A stretch of DNA of 64,000 bases from Bdellovibrionota bacterium (GTDB lineage Bacteria > Bdellovibrionota > Bacteriovoracia > Bacteriovoracales > Bacteriovoracaceae), in contig JAURDE010000001.1 in assembly GCA_030828105.1 (NCBI GenBank), forward strand, positions 14,042-78,041, in the 5' to 3' direction. Made by a program: the position numbers and the translations under genes. Positions 31,401 through 42,321 of this stretch are shown piece by piece (the stretch's first letter is position 1; each line of letters begins with the position of its first letter). The notes beneath the pieces are model-generated. The model was not told the origin of the DNA, ran no database searches, and saw only the letters and a list, made by a program, of their open reading frames with translations.

Positions 31401-32571
31401 TTTCAATAAGCTTATTGTATATAAACGGCTTAAAAAGCTCGAGGGCCATAAGCTTTGGTAAGCCACATTGATGTAGTCTCAGGCTTGGTCCAACAACAAT
31501 AACCGATCGACCTGAATAATCGACCCTTTTTCCAAGAAGGTTTTGTCTAAATCGCCCTTGTTTCCCTTTAAGCATATCAGAAAGAGAACGAAGGGGTCTT
31601 TTATTAGCACCGGTGAAGACTTTTCCTCTTCTACCGTTATCAAAAAGAGCATCTACTGCTTCTTGAAGCATTCTTTTTTCGTTTCTGATGATTATCTCAG
31701 GAGCATTAAGTTCTTTAAGTCTTTTTAAACGATTATTTCTGTTGATAACCCTTCTATAAAGGTCGTTCAGATCAGAAGTTGCAAATCGTCCTGCTTCAAG
31801 AGGTACGAGCGGTCTTAGATCTGGTGGTAGTACTGGAATAACATCCATCATAAACCACTCAGGTTTATTTTCAGATTTAAGTAGAGACTCAACCACTTTA
31901 AGCCTCTTAACAATTTTGGCCCTATTCATTTCGGTTGTAGCGGCCCTTAAACCTCTTCTTAATTCTTTATTTTCTTGGTCAAGATCAACCTTTCTAAGAA
32001 GTTCTTTAATTGTTGATCCACCCATTCCAGCTTCAAATTCAATGCCTTGCTCTTTAAGCTCATTGTATTGCTGCTCAGAGATAACACGCCCAATTTCAAG
32101 ACCACCCTCAATATTTTCAGCGGCTGTTTTTGTTACAATATAGGCTTCGTAATAAAGTACTTTTTCTAACTCTTTAAGAGTTAGATTGAGCATGGCACCA
32201 ATACGAGAAGGAAGTGATCTGAGAAACCAGATATGAGCAACAGGAGCGGCAAGCTCGATATGTCCACAACGCTCTCTTCTTACTTTAGAGAGTGTTACTT
32301 CAACACCACACTTCTCACACACAACTCCTCTGTGCTTCATTCTTTTGTATTTACCACAAATACATTCATAATCTTTTACAGGTCCAAAGATCTTAGCACA
32401 GAACAAACCATCTCTTTCCGGTTTGAAAGTCCGATAGTTAATTGTTTCTGGCTTTTTAACCTCACCAAAAGACCATTCTCTAATGGTGTCTGGAGATGCC
32501 ATCCTTATAGAGACGGCATCAACACTTACTGGATCTTTTGGTTTATCAAAAAAGTTTAAGAGATCTTTCAT
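28447..32571 (-). CDS. rpoC: DNA-directed RNA polymerase subunit beta'
   Basis: 1374 aa with an N-terminal Zn finger ([20 protein letters not shown]) and the catalytic [12 protein letters not shown]. Confidence 0.95.
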   Translation of the reverse strand: MKDLLNFFDKPKDPVSVDAVSIRMASPDTIREWSFGEVKKPETINYRTFKPERDGLFCAKIFGPVKDYECICGKYKRMKHRGVVCEKCGVEVTLSKVRRERCGHIELAAPVAHIWFLRSLPSRIGAMLNLTLKELEKVLYYEAYIVTKTAAENIEGGLEIGRVISEQQYNELKEQGIEFEAGMGGSTIKELLRKVDLDQENKELRRGLRAATTEMNRAKIVKRLKVVESLLKSENKPEWFMMDVIPVLPPDLRPLVPLEAGRFATSDLNDLYRRVINRNNRLKRLKELNAPEIIIRNEKRMLQEAVDALFDNGRRGKVFTGANKRPLRSLSDMLKGKQGRFRQNLLGKRVDYSGRSVIVVGPSLRLHQCGLPKLMALELFKPFIYNKLIEKGHCTTIKVAKRMVDQQKQEVWDILEEVVQEHPVLLNRAPTLHRLGIQGFEPVLIEGKAIQLHPLVCTAFNADFDGDQMAVHVPLSIEAQVECRVLAMSTNNILSPKDGTPIIVPTQDIVLGLYYMTRPRPFARGYNKVFSSREEAQFAYHTGNLHLQAPIKVRLDGKMIETTVGRTFVYDVIPKCLHFDDINKILDKKTLGKLIDKAYRVGTEKDTVLLADALMRLGYQNATKAGISINIHDMTIPNEKEGILATAYSEVDQITEEYNEGSITNGERYNKIVDVWAQTNESLTKVMLNGLSEDTFSNEKGDTLKAPSFNAIFMMADSGARGSTAQMRQLAGMRGLMAKPSGEIIETPITSNFREGLSVLQYFASTHGARKGLADTALKTANSGYLTRRLVDVAQDGIIRSEDCGASDGIVLESRIDAGEVVEHVFERAMGRVTAAPIVGMNGQEVLPKNHLLTDEDIPKLKEFSIDQIKVRSVLTCKERHGFCASCFGRDLARGRMVRVGEAVGVIAAQSIGEPGTQLTMRTFHVGGTATAGAQVNKTEVKTAGVLEFRKVNIATLKDGTRVVMSKAGEIIVKNNQGAEKEKYPANYGARLVKLEGDTVEPGDTILEWDPFAIPLLNEVNGLVKFEDLIVGQTISEQVDAVTGLTHKVVIESKDPSLQPRITIVDESGAPLTVPGTKRSAVYRLPVGANIVVQEGQSLEAGQAISKAQRETTKTKDITGGLPRVAELFEARKPGNAAQISDVSGTIEFGPELRGNRRIIVRPDDGTEPVTYTVPKGRYVIVNEGDYVRAGDPIMDGPSNPHDILRVMGVKTLAKYIVDEIQEVYRLQGVKIDDKHIEVIVSQMLKKVQIMDAGDTNLIAGDFISKVELGDANAALEEGETPAQAMPLLQGITKASLSTDSFISAASFQETTKVLTQATLEGKFDELRGLKENVIMGRLSPAGTGISRYWNYEAVITEEQETVVEKKEEVTLTI

Positions 32572-32609
32572 AATTTTATTCCCTTATGTATTTTATTTTT
32601 TAAATTCTT

Positions 32610-35600
32610 TTAGCTCATTATGGGCTCTTCAAGACTTGATTCCTCAAGCTTGATATCAAGACATAGCGCCTGTAGTTCTCTGATCATTACATTAAATGAC
32701 TCAGGAAGACCTGGCTCTAGAACTTGTTCACCCTTAACAATAGACTCATACATTCTCGTTCTACCAATAACATCATCAGATTTAACGGTTAAGAATTCTT
32801 GAAGTGTATAAGCTGCACCATAAGCTTCAAGGGCCCAAACTTCCATTTCCCCTAATCTCTGACCACCAAATTGGGCCTTACCACCAAGTGGTTGTTGAGT
32901 TACGAGAGAGTATGGACCAGTTGATCTGGCATGAAGTTTTTCATCTACAAGGTGATGAAGCTTAAGCATGTACATTGTTCCTACAGTAACATCTTCTGCG
33001 AAAGCATCACCTGTAAGTCCATCAAACAGAGTCGTACGTCCTGATTGATCTAAGTCTGCCAGTTCAAGCATATGGTGAATACTATCTTCAGAAGCGCCAT
33101 CAAAAGCTTTTGTTGAGAATCGAACACCTAAACTTAGCTGTTCTGCAACTTCTCTCACTCTTTTATCGCTTGCTTTTTTAAGCCATTCTTTAGTTTCATC
33201 ATTTTTATAAATCTCATAAATGAAATCTTTGAGCTCATTTATTTGAACTTGATTCTCAAGCATCAAACCAATTTTTTCACCAAGACCTCTACCGGCCCAT
33301 CCAAGGTGAAGCTCAAGAAGTTGTCCGATATTCATCCGCGAAGGAACACCAAGCGGATTAAGAACGATATCAACTGGAGTTCCGTCAGCTAAGTAAGGCA
33401 TATCTTCTCTTGGGAGAACGTTAGAGATAACACCTTTGTTACCATGTCGCCCGGCCATTTTATCACCCGGCTGAAGCTTTCTCTTAATTGCTACATAAAT
33501 AGTAACTTTTTTAATAACTCCTGGAGGAAGTTCATCTCCTCTATGAAGTTTAGCAATATCTTCATTGGCCTTTGTTCTTACTCTATTGATTCTGTTTCTT
33601 ACATCAGCAAAGTACTCAGAAAGCTTTTCTTCAAGGCTTACCTCAAGAGGTAGATAACCAATAAGCTCAAAAGGAATACTGGCAAGTGCTTCACCTGTTA
33701 GCTCACTACCTTTTGGAAGAAGCTGAGTTGTTCCATCTTCAGAAACTAGAGCATCAGTCGTTTTATGGCCTTTAAGCATAGAAGCTATTTTTGCAATGGA
33801 CGTTGCTTGAATTGCCTTAATTTTAATTCTTTCATCTCTTCGTACCAAGCTTGTTTCATGATCGATAATTTCTTTTGATCTTGAGCAAAGTTCGACACCT
33901 TCTCTTGTATAAACCTTCGCATCAACGACGGTTCCTCTTACAGAAGAAGGAACTCTTAAAGATGTATCTTTCACATCTCCAGCTTTATCGCCAAAGATAG
34001 CTTTAAGAAGTTTTTCTTCAGGTGAAAGTTGGGTCTCTCCTTTAGGAGTAATTTTACCTACAAGAATATCACCAGGCTTAATGATGGATCCTATTCTTAT
34101 AATTCCAGCTTCATCAAGATTGGCCAGGGCCTCTTCGCTAACATTTGGAATATCTCTTGTGATTTCTTCTTTTCCAAGCTTAGTATCTCTAGCCTCAATT
34201 TCAAAACTTTCAACATGAATTGAAGTAAAGACGTCTTGAGATAGAAGATGTTCACCAATAAGGATTGAATCTTCGTAGTTATATCCACCCCAAGGCATGA
34301 AAGCCACAAGAACGTTTTGTCCTAATGCTAAGTCACCTAGGTGAGTAGCAGGTCCATCGGCAATAACCATACCTTTTGTAACCTTGTCGCCTTCTTTAAC
34401 GAGTGCTTTTTGGTTATTACAGGTATTTTGGTTAGTTCTTTGGTATTTTACAAGTTTATAAATATCAATTCCGGACTCGCCTTCCACGTATTTATCTCTT
34501 TGTATTACGATTCTAGTAGAATCAACAAAGATAACTGTTCCTGTTTCCTTTGCCGTAATAATGGCGCCTGAGTCTTTAGCAACAATGTGCTCAACACCTG
34601 TACCAACTATTGGAGCATCGGTCTTAACAACAGGGACGGCTTGTCTCATCATGTTTGATCCCATAAGGGCCCTGTTAGCATCATCATGCTCAAGGAAAGG
34701 AATCAAAGAAGTGGCCAAGGAAATCATTTGGGATGGAGACACATCCATAAGCTCAACTTCATCAGCATCAACAAGAGCAAATTCACCAGCTCTTCTTGCA
34801 GCGATGTGATTTCCTACAACTTTACCATTATCCATATAATCTTTTTTAGTTTGGGCAATGGTTTTTCCTTCTTCCTCAAATGCGGTGAAGTATTTAAACT
34901 CTTTTTTAATTTCTTTGTTATCTGCAACAACTTTATAAGGTGTTTCAATAAAGCCATATTCACTTACTCTCGCAAAAGTAGCCAAAGAAGTGATTAGTCC
35001 AATATTTGGTCCTTCTGGAGTTTCAACAGGACACATTCTACCATAGTGAGTTGCATGAACGTCACGTACCTCAAAGCCAGCTCTTTCTCTTGTTAAACCA
35101 CCTGGCCCAAGAGCAGAAAGTCTTCTTTTATGAGTAACTTCTGAGAGTGGGTTTGTTTGATCCATAAACTGAGATAGCTGGGAGGAACCGAAGAATTCCT
35201 TAATAACAGCTGCTACTGGTTTTTGGTTTACTAGGTCATAAGGCATCATGGTTTCAATTTCTTGAATGGCCATTCTTTCTTTAACGGCCCTTTCCATTCT
35301 TACCAAACCAACTCTGAATTGATTTTCTAATAATTCACCGACAGCTCTAACTCTTCTGTTACCAAGGTGGTCAATGTCATCAACCTTACCTTTACCGTTA
35401 TTAAGCTCAACTAGATATTTTGCTGTGGTAAGAATATCTGTTTTAGTCAGCACAGTATTTTCAACAGGAACATCTGTTCCAAATTTATAATTAATTTTCA
35501 TACGACCTACTTTAGAGAGGTCATACTTATTTTCATCAAAGAAAAGACCGTTAAAAAGAGTCTCTGAAGCTTCAACACTTACAGGTTCTCCAGGTCTTAA

Positions 35601-36743
35601 TCTTTCAAAGATTTTCGTTACGGCTTCATCATAATTTTCAGTTTTATCAAGAAGAAGGGTATTTCTTATTTGATCACCAAAATTAATCATATCTATATAA
35701 AGGCATGGAACTTCATTTATTCCAGCATTCATAAGTTCGCCAAGCTTTGCTTCTGATAAGGCTTCATTGGCCATACAAAGAACTTCACCAGTACTATGAT
35801 CAAAGATATCTTCAGCAACGACACGACCAACGACTTCTTCAAGTTCAAGAGGGAGTTCTTTTAAGCCAGAGTCTTTTAGCTTCTTTACTGAACCTTTCGC
35901 AAACTTCTTACCTCTTTTAACAAGAACATCTCCTGTCTTTGGGTGAAGAATATCTTGGTTGGCCCTTGTACCTATTAAAAGGTCAAAATCTAAGGCCCTT
36001 GTATAATTTCCTTTTTTATCAAGCTTAACAGTCTCCATGTTATAGAACTCTTTAAGTAGTTCTGAAGTCGTATAACCTAGAGCTTTTAAAACAACAGTTG
36101 CGTGTAGTTTTCTTTTCCTATCAATCCTAGCAAAAAGAATATTTTTATGATCAAACTCAAAGTCTAACCATGAACCTCTATGAGGAATAATTCTCGCCCC
36201 ATAAAGCAGCTTACCGCTTGAGTGCTTCTTTCCGTTGTCATGTTCAAAAATAATCCCAGGAGAACGATGAAGCTGAGAGACGATAACTCTTTCAGTACCG
36301 TTATAAACAAAGGATCCTGTAGGTGCCATTAGAGGAATATTTCCTAAATAAACTTCTTGTTCTTTAATAGAGGAAACAGTTCTTTGCTCATTACCATCTT
36401 TATCAACAGTAACATCATAGAAAACAAGTCTTACGACAACCTTAAGAGGTGCCTCATAACTTAAGCCTCTTTGTCTACATTCTTGAACGCTATATTTAGG
36501 CTCTTCAAGTGAGTAGCTCACAAATTCAAGAGAAACAGTTTTGTTGAAGTCATAAATAGGGAACACGCTCTTAAAAACGGCTTGAAGACCTATCTCTCTT
36601 CTCTTATCAGGTGCTATATCCCTTTGAAGGAAATCAGCATAAGAGTCTATTTGTAGTCCCATGAGAGGGGGTGTTTCTATATCTACCGGTGTTTGAGCAA
36701 ACTTTTTTCGGTACCATTCATTCGGGGCGAAAACCTTTGTCAT
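32610..36743 (-). CDS. rpoB: DNA-directed RNA polymerase subunit beta
   Basis: Rif-cluster region [33 protein letters not shown] 36743 ([10 protein letters not shown]) is preceded by GGAGAG. The track start 36788 lies 15 codons upstream, inside the rplL-rpoB hairpin. Confidence 0.95.
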   Translation of the reverse strand: MTKVFAPNEWYRKKFAQTPVDIETPPLMGLQIDSYADFLQRDIAPDKRREIGLQAVFKSVFPIYDFNKTVSLEFVSYSLEEPKYSVQECRQRGLSYEAPLKVVVRLVFYDVTVDKDGNEQRTVSSIKEQEVYLGNIPLMAPTGSFVYNGTERVIVSQLHRSPGIIFEHDNGKKHSSGKLLYGARIIPHRGSWLDFEFDHKNILFARIDRKRKLHATVVLKALGYTTSELLKEFYNMETVKLDKKGNYTRALDFDLLIGTRANQDILHPKTGDVLVKRGKKFAKGSVKKLKDSGLKELPLELEEVVGRVVAEDIFDHSTGEVLCMANEALSEAKLGELMNAGINEVPCLYIDMINFGDQIRNTLLLDKTENYDEAVTKIFERLRPGEPVSVEASETLFNGLFFDENKYDLSKVGRMKINYKFGTDVPVENTVLTKTDILTTAKYLVELNNGKGKVDDIDHLGNRRVRAVGELLENQFRVGLVRMERAVKERMAIQEIETMMPYDLVNQKPVAAVIKEFFGSSQLSQFMDQTNPLSEVTHKRRLSALGPGGLTRERAGFEVRDVHATHYGRMCPVETPEGPNIGLITSLATFARVSEYGFIETPYKVVADNKEIKKEFKYFTAFEEEGKTIAQTKKDYMDNGKVVGNHIAARRAGEFALVDADEVELMDVSPSQMISLATSLIPFLEHDDANRALMGSNMMRQAVPVVKTDAPIVGTGVEHIVAKDSGAIITAKETGTVIFVDSTRIVIQRDKYVEGESGIDIYKLVKYQRTNQNTCNNQKALVKEGDKVTKGMVIADGPATHLGDLALGQNVLVAFMPWGGYNYEDSILIGEHLLSQDVFTSIHVESFEIEARDTKLGKEEITRDIPNVSEEALANLDEAGIIRIGSIIKPGDILVGKITPKGETQLSPEEKLLKAIFGDKAGDVKDTSLRVPSSVRGTVVDAKVYTREGVELCSRSKEIIDHETSLVRRDERIKIKAIQATSIAKIASMLKGHKTTDALVSEDGTTQLLPKGSELTGEALASIPFELIGYLPLEVSLEEKLSEYFADVRNRINRVRTKANEDIAKLHRGDELPPGVIKKVTIYVAIKRKLQPGDKMAGRHGNKGVISNVLPREDMPYLADGTPVDIVLNPLGVPSRMNIGQLLELHLGWAGRGLGEKIGLMLENQVQINELKDFIYEIYKNDETKEWLKKASDKRVREVAEQLSLGVRFSTKAFDGASEDSIHHMLELADLDQSGRTTLFDGLTGDAFAEDVTVGTMYMLKLHHLVDEKLHARSTGPYSLVTQQPLGGKAQFGGQRLGEMEVWALEAYGAAYTLQEFLTVKSDDVIGRTRMYESIVKGEQVLEPGLPESFNVMIRELQALCLDIKLEESSLEEPIMS

Positions 36744-36770
36744 TTTGGCTCTCCTAACAGGTTTAAATAC

Positions 36771-36805
36771 TAAAAGGCATGAGAGCACATATAGCCCTCA
36801 TGCCT
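36771..36805 (-). terminator. rplL-rpoB intercistronic hairpin (attenuator-type partial terminator)
   Basis: On the minus strand, AGGCATGAG, a 13-nt loop and CTCATGCCT form a perfect 9-bp stem followed by TTTA. The position matches the known rplL-rpoB attenuator of E. coli. Confidence 0.5.
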
Positions 36806-36832
36806 GAGAAAAAATCGTTAAAAACGAATAAA

Positions 36833-37201
36833 TTATTTAAGCTCAACCTTAGCGCCTGCAGCCTCAAGTTTTTTCTTAATTTCTTCGGCTTCAGCTTTAT
36901 CAACGTCTTCTTTAACTGGCTTAGGAGCACTTTCTACAAGGTCCTTAGCTTCTTTAAGACCTAATCCAGTGATTCCTCTTACTTCTTTAATAACATTGAT
37001 CTTCTTTGCTCCAGCTTCAGCAAGAACTACAGTAAATTCTGTTTGCTCTTCAGCTGCAGCAGCTGGACCAGCACCACCAGCAACAGCTACTGGGGCAGCA
37101 GATACACCAAATTTATCCTCTAATTCTTTTACCAAGTTAGCTAGGTCAAGAACAGACATTTTTGATACGTGCTCTATAAGTTGTTCATTTGTAATACTCA
37201 T
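36833..37201 (-). CDS. rplL: 50S ribosomal protein L7/L12
   Basis: Ala/Gly/Pro hinge ([18 protein letters not shown]) and a C-terminal [14 protein letters not shown]. Confidence 0.95.
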   Translation of the reverse strand: MSITNEQLIEHVSKMSVLDLANLVKELEDKFGVSAAPVAVAGGAGPAAAAEEQTEFTVVLAEAGAKKINVIKEVRGITGLGLKEAKDLVESAPKPVKEDVDKAEAEEIKKKLEAAGAKVELK

Positions 37202-37247
37202 TTTAATTCTCCTATATTCTAATCTTTAATTTTTTTGCTAAGCGACA

Positions 37248-37757
37248 TTATGAAGCAGTCGCACCTTCTTCTTTTTGTTCTTTGATGGCATGCATAACTC
37301 TAGCAAACGCAGACACTGGGGCCATAAAAGTGGCCAACAATGTACCAAGCATTTGGTCTCGACCTGGCAAGCTAGCCAATTCAACAACCTCTTCTTTGCT
37401 TAATTCTTTTTGCTCGAGAAAACCGGCCTTAAGATCAATTAATTCTAAATCCTTACCTGCTTCTTTCAAAACCTTAGCTACTGCAGCAGCATCTTCAAAA
37501 GCAAAGGCAATCGCATTTGTTCCCTTTAGCTCTTTTAGTGCATTTTCTGCATAAGTTCCTTCGGCAGCTTTGCCGAATAGGGTGTTTCTTGTGATAACAA
37601 CCTTTCCACCTGCATCCCTTACTTCTTTACGGATTCTTACGGAGTCATTTGCCGTAATTCCAATTAAGTTAGTAAGAAAGAGGCCTTGGGCTTTATCAAT
37701 GTCACCCTTAAGTCCATCAATGATGGTTTGCTTTTGCTCTTTATTTAGCATTAGCAC
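37248..37757 (-). CDS. rplJ: 50S ribosomal protein L10
   Basis: 169 aa with LTNLIGITANDSVRIRKEVR. It lies upstream of rplL. Confidence 0.9.
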   Translation of the reverse strand: MLMLNKEQKQTIIDGLKGDIDKAQGLFLTNLIGITANDSVRIRKEVRDAGGKVVITRNTLFGKAAEGTYAENALKELKGTNAIAFAFEDAAAVAKVLKEAGKDLELIDLKAGFLEQKELSKEEVVELASLPGRDQMLGTLLATFMAPVSAFARVMHAIKEQKEEGATAS

Positions 37758-37832
37758 CTCCTTAAATTGGGAGGGAGATTTCTGGCAGGATTTATATGGT
37801 TAAAACCAAACCGACCTTCATCAACCTCTAAG

Positions 37833-38534
37833 TTAAACAAGCTGAGCTGCTTGTAATGTATCAATCTTTATACCTGGCCCCATAGTTGTACTTACAGTCA
37901 AAGACTTTAAGTAAATACCTTTAGAGCTAGCAGGTTTTGCTTTCATGATTGCTGTTACGATCGCCTGATAGTTTTCACTTAATTGCTCAACAGAAAAAGA
38001 TTTCTTTCCTATTGGAACATGAACGATACCATTTTTCTCAGTACGATACTCAACCTTACCGCCTTTTTGCTCCTTTACGGCCTTAGCAACATCAGGAGTT
38101 ACGGTACCTAGCTTAGGGTTAGGCATAAGCCCTCTAGGTCCAAGAACTTTACCAATTCTTCCTAGCTTACCCATCATATCTGGCGAAGCAACCATTCTAT
38201 CGAAGTCAGTCCAACCGCCTGCAATTTTTGCAATAATATCGTCACCACCAACAAAATCAGCTCCTGCAGCTTCAGCTTCAGCAACTTTATTACCGCTAGT
38301 AACAACACATACTCTTACGTTTTTCCCTGTTCCAGATGGAAGGGCCAAAGCTCCTCTAATCATCTGATCAGCATGTCTAGGGTCAACACCTAGTCTAAAA
38401 GCAAGATCTACGGTTTCATCAAACTTAGCAAAGTTTGCTTCCTTAACAAGGTTAAGGGCCTCTTCAAAAGGATACTTTTTTTCTTGATCGATTTTGGCGA
38501 TTGCCTCAAGATACTTTTTATTTCTTTTACCCAT
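37833..38534 (-). CDS. rplA: 50S ribosomal protein L1
   Basis: Motifs [24 protein letters not shown] and [11 protein letters not shown]. Confidence 0.95.
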   Translation of the reverse strand: MGKRNKKYLEAIAKIDQEKKYPFEEALNLVKEANFAKFDETVDLAFRLGVDPRHADQMIRGALALPSGTGKNVRVCVVTSGNKVAEAEAAGADFVGGDDIIAKIAGGWTDFDRMVASPDMMGKLGRIGKVLGPRGLMPNPKLGTVTPDVAKAVKEQKGGKVEYRTEKNGIVHVPIGKKSFSVEQLSENYQAIVTAIMKAKPASSKGIYLKSLTVSTTMGPGIKIDTLQAAQLV

Positions 38535-38580
38535 TTTTCCTCCCGGTTCAAACGAATGGCCTTAAGACCAATCTCCCGTA
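38535..38580 (-). promoter_or_regulatory. rplA leader element (copy 1 of a duplicated leader; candidate L1 operator)
   Basis: On the minus strand, TACGGGAGA is followed by a short hairpin and then TCGTTTGAACCGGGAGGAAAA and ATG. The last 24 nt are identical to the rplK leader. Confidence 0.4.
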
Positions 38581-38590
38581 CACAATATAA

Positions 38591-39016
38591 TTAGTAGTCT
38601 AACTTAAGTCCCATACTTCTGATGGATCCTTCAATCGTTCTCATTCCTGCTTCTTTAGTAGCCGCTGTAAGGTCTGGCTTTTTAGCTTCGACAACTTCCT
38701 CAACAATTTTTTGAGGTACAGTTCCTGCTACTTCGTGCCCTGGCTTATTGGCTCCACTTTTAAGTTTAAGTTTTTGCTTTAGTAAATAAGACGCTGGAGG
38801 AGTCTTTGTTACAAAAGTAAAAGATCTGTCTGAATAAACAGTAATAATTGTGGGAAGAATTGTTCCCATGTCTTTTTGTGTTTTTGCATTAAAGGCTTTG
38901 CAAAACTCCATAATGTTAACACCTTTTTGACCAAGGGCCGGTCCAATAGGTGGTGATGGATTTGCTTTTCCGCCTGCGATTTGTAGTTTAATAAAACCTG
39001 TAACTTTTTTTGCCAT
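38591..39016 (-). CDS. rplK: 50S ribosomal protein L11
   Basis: Motifs [31 protein letters not shown]. Confidence 0.95.
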   Translation of the reverse strand: MAKKVTGFIKLQIAGGKANPSPPIGPALGQKGVNIMEFCKAFNAKTQKDMGTILPTIITVYSDRSFTFVTKTPPASYLLKQKLKLKSGANKPGHEVAGTVPQKIVEEVVEAKKPDLTAATKEAGMRTIEGSIRSMGLKLDY

Positions 39017-39062
39017 TTTTCCTCCCGGTTCAAACGACTAGTTTATAATCTAGTCTCCCGTA
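39017..39062 (-). promoter_or_regulatory. rplK leader element (copy 2 of a duplicated leader; candidate L1 operator)
   Basis: On the minus strand, TACGGGAGA is followed by the GACTAG-ATTATAAA-CTAGTC hairpin and then TCGTTTGAACCGGGAGGAAAA and ATG. Confidence 0.4.
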
Positions 39063-39066
39063 AAAA

Positions 39067-39711
39067 TTATGATATTTTTTCAACCTGTGAAGTATCGAGT
39101 TCAACAGGAGTTGGTCTACCAAAAATGGATACACTTACTTTTAACTTTCCTTTTTCATTTACGGCCTCAACGGTACCGACAAAGGAAGCAAAAGGTCCTT
39201 CAATAACTTTAACCGACTCACCTTCTGTAAAATCAATAGAAGATTTCGGTCTCTTAAATCCATCCTTAGCCTGATTGGTCATATAAGCCGCTTCTTCATT
39301 GCTGATTGGGGCCGGCTTATCCTTGGTACCACCAACAAAACCAGTGATTTTATCAGTATCCTTTACCAAGTGCCAGGTGTTATCGTTCATGATCATTTTT
39401 ATAAGAACGTAACCTGGAAAATATTTTTTCTTAATGGTTCTTTTTTTGCCCCCAACATTTGACGTCACTGATTCTTCTGGCGCCATAATGTCAGCAAAAA
39501 ATTCCATCATGCCATGATTAACTATACTTTCTCGAAGAGCTTTCACGACTTTGTTTTCTTGTCCTGTCATGGTCTTAGCAATATACCATTTGAAGTCTGC
39601 AGAATCTCCTTTGGAGAAACCATAGTTACTTTGAAGATCATTAGATTCCCCTTGATCTTCTTCTACTTCTTCATTAACAGTTGCTTCTGGTTTAGTATTT
39701 TCTTCTGTCAT
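39067..39711 (-). CDS. nusG: transcription termination/antitermination factor NusG (acidic N-terminal extension)
   Basis: NGN core [14 protein letters not shown] and a KOW region [21 protein letters not shown] 39711 is chosen as the start. The track start TTG 39735 would overlap secE by 11 nt, and either start is possible. Confidence 0.9.
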   Translation of the reverse strand: MTEENTKPEATVNEEVEEDQGESNDLQSNYGFSKGDSADFKWYIAKTMTGQENKVVKALRESIVNHGMMEFFADIMAPEESVTSNVGGKKRTIKKKYFPGYVLIKMIMNDNTWHLVKDTDKITGFVGGTKDKPAPISNEEAAYMTNQAKDGFKRPKSSIDFTEGESVKVIEGPFASFVGTVEAVNEKGKLKVSVSIFGRPTPVELDTSQVEKIS

Positions 39712-39724
39712 TTTGTCATTGTCC

Positions 39725-40117
39725 TTAATAAACAAGTGATAAAAGTTCTTGTGATAAAAAGTCTATGAGTACAAATAAGCCACTTATAATTGATACTCCT
39801 ATAACAATACCTACTGTCACTTTGACAACAGCATCGCTCTCTGGCCAAACGACTTTAAGAAGTTCACCATAAACTTCTTGCATATGCTGAAGAGCTTTTT
39901 TGTTTTTGGTGATAGCAATAAAAGTAATAAGTCCTAATAAAACTCCTAAGCCTTGTGAGAACACAAGGAAGTTTCCAACTTTTGCTTCTAGATCAAACCA
40001 TTCACTTAGCTGTCCAATAAACCTAATTGTTACAAAGCCAACTAGGATACTAACACCAGCTATAAAAGCATTAATCCACTTTTTACCATCTTCACTTTTG
40101 ATGATCGACATACACAT
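39725..40117 (-). CDS. secE: preprotein translocase subunit SecE (three-TM form)
   Basis: 130 aa with three hydrophobic spans. The conserved C-terminal part is [35 protein letters not shown]. It lies immediately upstream of nusG. Confidence 0.85.
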   Translation of the reverse strand: MCMSIIKSEDGKKWINAFIAGVSILVGFVTIRFIGQLSEWFDLEAKVGNFLVFSQGLGVLLGLITFIAITKNKKALQHMQEVYGELLKVVWPESDAVVKVTVGIVIGVSIISGLFVLIDFLSQELLSLVY

Positions 40118-40601
40118 TTACCTTTATTTAGGGTATGGAATTTAAAATTGCCAAAAACCAGTCTTCCTTATATGCACAATCTTGACCAACTTGTCCATTC
40201 ATTTTATGAGGGTTCCTCACCGAGAAATAATTTCAGACTTGGCGCACAATAGGCGTCTGCCCACAAATCAAGTTATCAACAAAAGATCTTTGGCCATACT
40301 AATACCCTGACCTCGCTATAGCGCTCAGCATTATTCTCATGCATTTACCTATTTTTTCCTCTATCGCCATTTTTAAGGAAAAAGAGAATGCTTTAAAAAC
40401 AAATACGTAACAGCATGTGTCCATGACCGAATTGTTCCTGTTGGAATTCAAATCGCTCCTGTCTCAAATGCAACATATAGCGTTAAAGACATCAATGAAG
40501 CCTGAGCAAGAAACAACAAAGAAGTAGAAGTTTAGTCCATGACGGAAAAGATTCAACCTCTGTATGAGCAAACTGCGAAAATCTCAAGCTAGTAAATTAA
40601 G

Positions 40602-40677
40602 TGGGGGGCGCAGAGGGATTCGAACCCCCAACCTACTGATTTGGAATCAGCCGCTCTACCGTTGGAGCTATACACCC
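40602..40677 (-). tRNA. trnW: tRNA-Trp (anticodon CCA), CCA-3' encoded
   Basis: Hand-folded cloverleaf: acceptor GGGTGTA/TGCGCCC, anticodon stem GCTGA/TCAGT with loop TTCCAAA, and T arm GGGGG-TTCGAAT-CCCTC. Confidence 0.9.
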
Positions 40678-40687
40678 GAATTTTAGG

Positions 40688-40716
40688 AAAAAAAAAGGCC
40701 GGAAAGATCCGGCCTT
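40688..40716 (-). terminator. intrinsic terminator after tuf
   Basis: On the minus strand, AAGGCCGGA-TCTT-TCCGGCCTT is followed by T9. It begins 17 nt after the tuf stop codon. Confidence 0.85.
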
Positions 40717-40732
40717 CTCTATTTTATTCTAA

Positions 40733-41920
40733 TTATAGAATCTCAGAAACTGTACCAGCACCGATGGTTCTACCACCTTCTCTGATAGCAAATCTTAACC
40801 CTTTCTCCATAGCGATTGGGTTAATAAGCTCAACACCAAAAGAAGTGTTATCTCCTGGCATAATCATCTCAGTACCTTCGTTAAGAGTAACAGTACCTGT
40901 GATGTCTGTTGTTCTGAAATAGAACTGAGGCTTATATCCTTTGAAGATAGGAGTGTGTCTTCCACCTTCTTCTTTTGTAAGAATATAAACTTCACATCTG
41001 AATTTATTATGAACAGTTACAGAACCTGGCTTACAAAGAACTTGACCTCTTTCAACGTCTTCTCTCTTTGTCCCTCTAAGAAGGATACCACAGTTATCAC
41101 CTGCTTGACCTTGATCAAGAAGCTTTCTGAACATTTCAACACCTGTAACGGTAGTTTTTTGAGTATCTCTAATACCGAGAATTTCAATTTCGTCACCAAC
41201 TTTAATGATACCTCTTTCAACTCTACCAGTAACAACTGTCCCTCTACCAGAAATAGAGAAAACATCTTCAACTGGCATAAGGAAATCTTTATCGATTGCT
41301 CTTTCTGGAGTTGGGATATACTCATCAACCTTGCTCATAAGCTCCATGATTTTTTCTCTACCAATGTTTGCATCTCTGTTCTCAACAGCAGCAAGAGCAG
41401 AACCAGCAACGATAGGAATATCATCACCTGGAAAATCGTATGAAGAAAGAAGTTCTCTAATTTCCATCTCAACAAGCTCAAGAAGTTCTTCATCATCAAC
41501 TTGGTCAACTTTGTTTAGGAAAACAACGATAGCTGGAACACCAACCTGTCTAGCAAGAAGGATATGCTCTCTAGTTTGTGGCATAGGACCATCTGCAGCT
41601 GAAACAACAAGAATAGCACCGTCCATTTGAGCAGCACCTGTAATCATGTTTTTTACATAGTCAGCGTGACCTGGACAGTCTACGTGAGCATAGTGTCTGT
41701 TATCAGTTTGGTACTCTACGTGGGCCGTATTAATTGTAATACCTCTAGCTTTTTCTTCTGGAGCAGAGTCAATATCTTCATACGATTTTGCGTCTCCCCC
41801 CATGGCTTCAGCTAGTGTCATTGTAATAGCAGCTGTAAGAGTTGTTTTACCGTGGTCAACGTGACCAATTGTCCCAATGTTTACGTGGGGTTTACTTCGA
41901 TCAAAAGTTTCTTTAGACAT
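40733..41920 (-). CDS. tuf: elongation factor Tu
   Basis: Motifs [17 protein letters not shown] and NKVD; 395 aa. AAGGAG SD lies upstream. Confidence 0.97.
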   Translation of the reverse strand: MSKETFDRSKPHVNIGTIGHVDHGKTTLTAAITMTLAEAMGGDAKSYEDIDSAPEEKARGITINTAHVEYQTDNRHYAHVDCPGHADYVKNMITGAAQMDGAILVVSAADGPMPQTREHILLARQVGVPAIVVFLNKVDQVDDEELLELVEMEIRELLSSYDFPGDDIPIVAGSALAAVENRDANIGREKIMELMSKVDEYIPTPERAIDKDFLMPVEDVFSISGRGTVVTGRVERGIIKVGDEIEILGIRDTQKTTVTGVEMFRKLLDQGQAGDNCGILLRGTKREDVERGQVLCKPGSVTVHNKFRCEVYILTKEEGGRHTPIFKGYKPQFYFRTTDITGTVTLNEGTEMIMPGDNTSFGVELINPIAMEKGLRFAIREGGRTIGAGTVSEIL

Positions 41921-41988
41921 GACTTAGTCTCCTTAAAAAATAATAATATGTCTCAAACTAAACACAATCCGTTAATTATCTCAAAACG

Positions 41989-42015
41989 TTTATAGTATAT
42001 TAAAAATTAAGTCAA
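41989..42015 (-). promoter_or_regulatory. possible secondary promoter for tuf
   Basis: On the minus strand, TTGACT (42015-42010) is followed by a 15-nt spacer and TATAAA (41994-41989). The spacer is short, and tuf may instead be co-transcribed with the upstream tRNAs. Confidence 0.3.
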
Positions 42016-42060
42016 CACGACTTTAATTCAAAATAATAAAAATTCCTACTGTTTTTATTA

Positions 42061-42135
<75 letters not shown>

Positions 42136-42177
42136 CCTAAGACTTTTAGTTAATGTCCTTATTTTCGAGGATAAGGA

Positions 42178-42253
42178 TGGAGCGTGCGACAGGGATCGAA
42201 CCTGCGACATCAACCTTGGAAGGGTTGCACTCTACCAACTGAGTTACGCACGC
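42178..42253 (-). tRNA. trnG: tRNA-Gly (anticodon UCC), CCA encoded
   Basis: Acceptor GCGTGCG/CGCACGC, and anticodon stem CAACC/GGTTG with loop CTTCCAA. Confidence 0.9.
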
Positions 42254-42321
42254 CCAAATTAACAGATGTATCTCTACACCTCGAAATCTCGTTTTGGCAA
42301 GACTTCTTTTCAATAAAGTCA

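Noticed and set aside
28566-36964. Many 60-110-codon ORFs from the track lie inside rpoC and rpoB, either antisense or in alternative same-strand frames (for example 28566-28853, 29061-29375, 31266-31466, 34097-34309, 34686-34997).
   Set aside because: Each is fully embedded in a long, strongly conserved gene. None has an SD or a recognisable motif. They are the expected by-product of AT-rich coding sequence.
40125-40154. Putative secE promoter: TTGGCA-N18-TAAATA on the minus strand.
   Set aside because: The -10 matches poorly. The predicted transcription start would fall on the secE start codon, removing its SD. The evidence is not strong enough to annotate.
40264-40296. Possible rpmG (L33) remnant in the spacer. 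On the minus strand, ATGGCCAAAGAT (MAKD...) resembles an L33 start, and a nearby frame reads PIVRQV, reminiscent of the DPVVRxHV motif.
   Set aside because: The MAKD frame stops after 9 codons, and the PIVRQV frame stops immediately after that motif. No frame combination reconstructs the L33 core (the Cys/Thr-rich centre and KNKRN motif). I treat the resemblance as chance.
40118-40601. I considered whether the spacer could be RNase P RNA, tmRNA, SRP RNA, 6S RNA, a riboswitch or a hammerhead/twister ribozyme.
   Set aside because: None of the invariant cores is present (GAAAGUCC for P4, a tmRNA tag frame plus tRNA-like end, the SRP GGAA/AGCA loop, a B12 box, CUGAnGA...GAAA). Manual reverse-complement searches of the GC-rich words found no long helices. 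The spacer is kept only as an unexplained region.
40641-40922. Track ORF of 93 codons on the plus strand.
   Set aside because: It starts inside tRNA-Trp, crosses the tuf terminator and continues antisense to tuf, so it is spurious.
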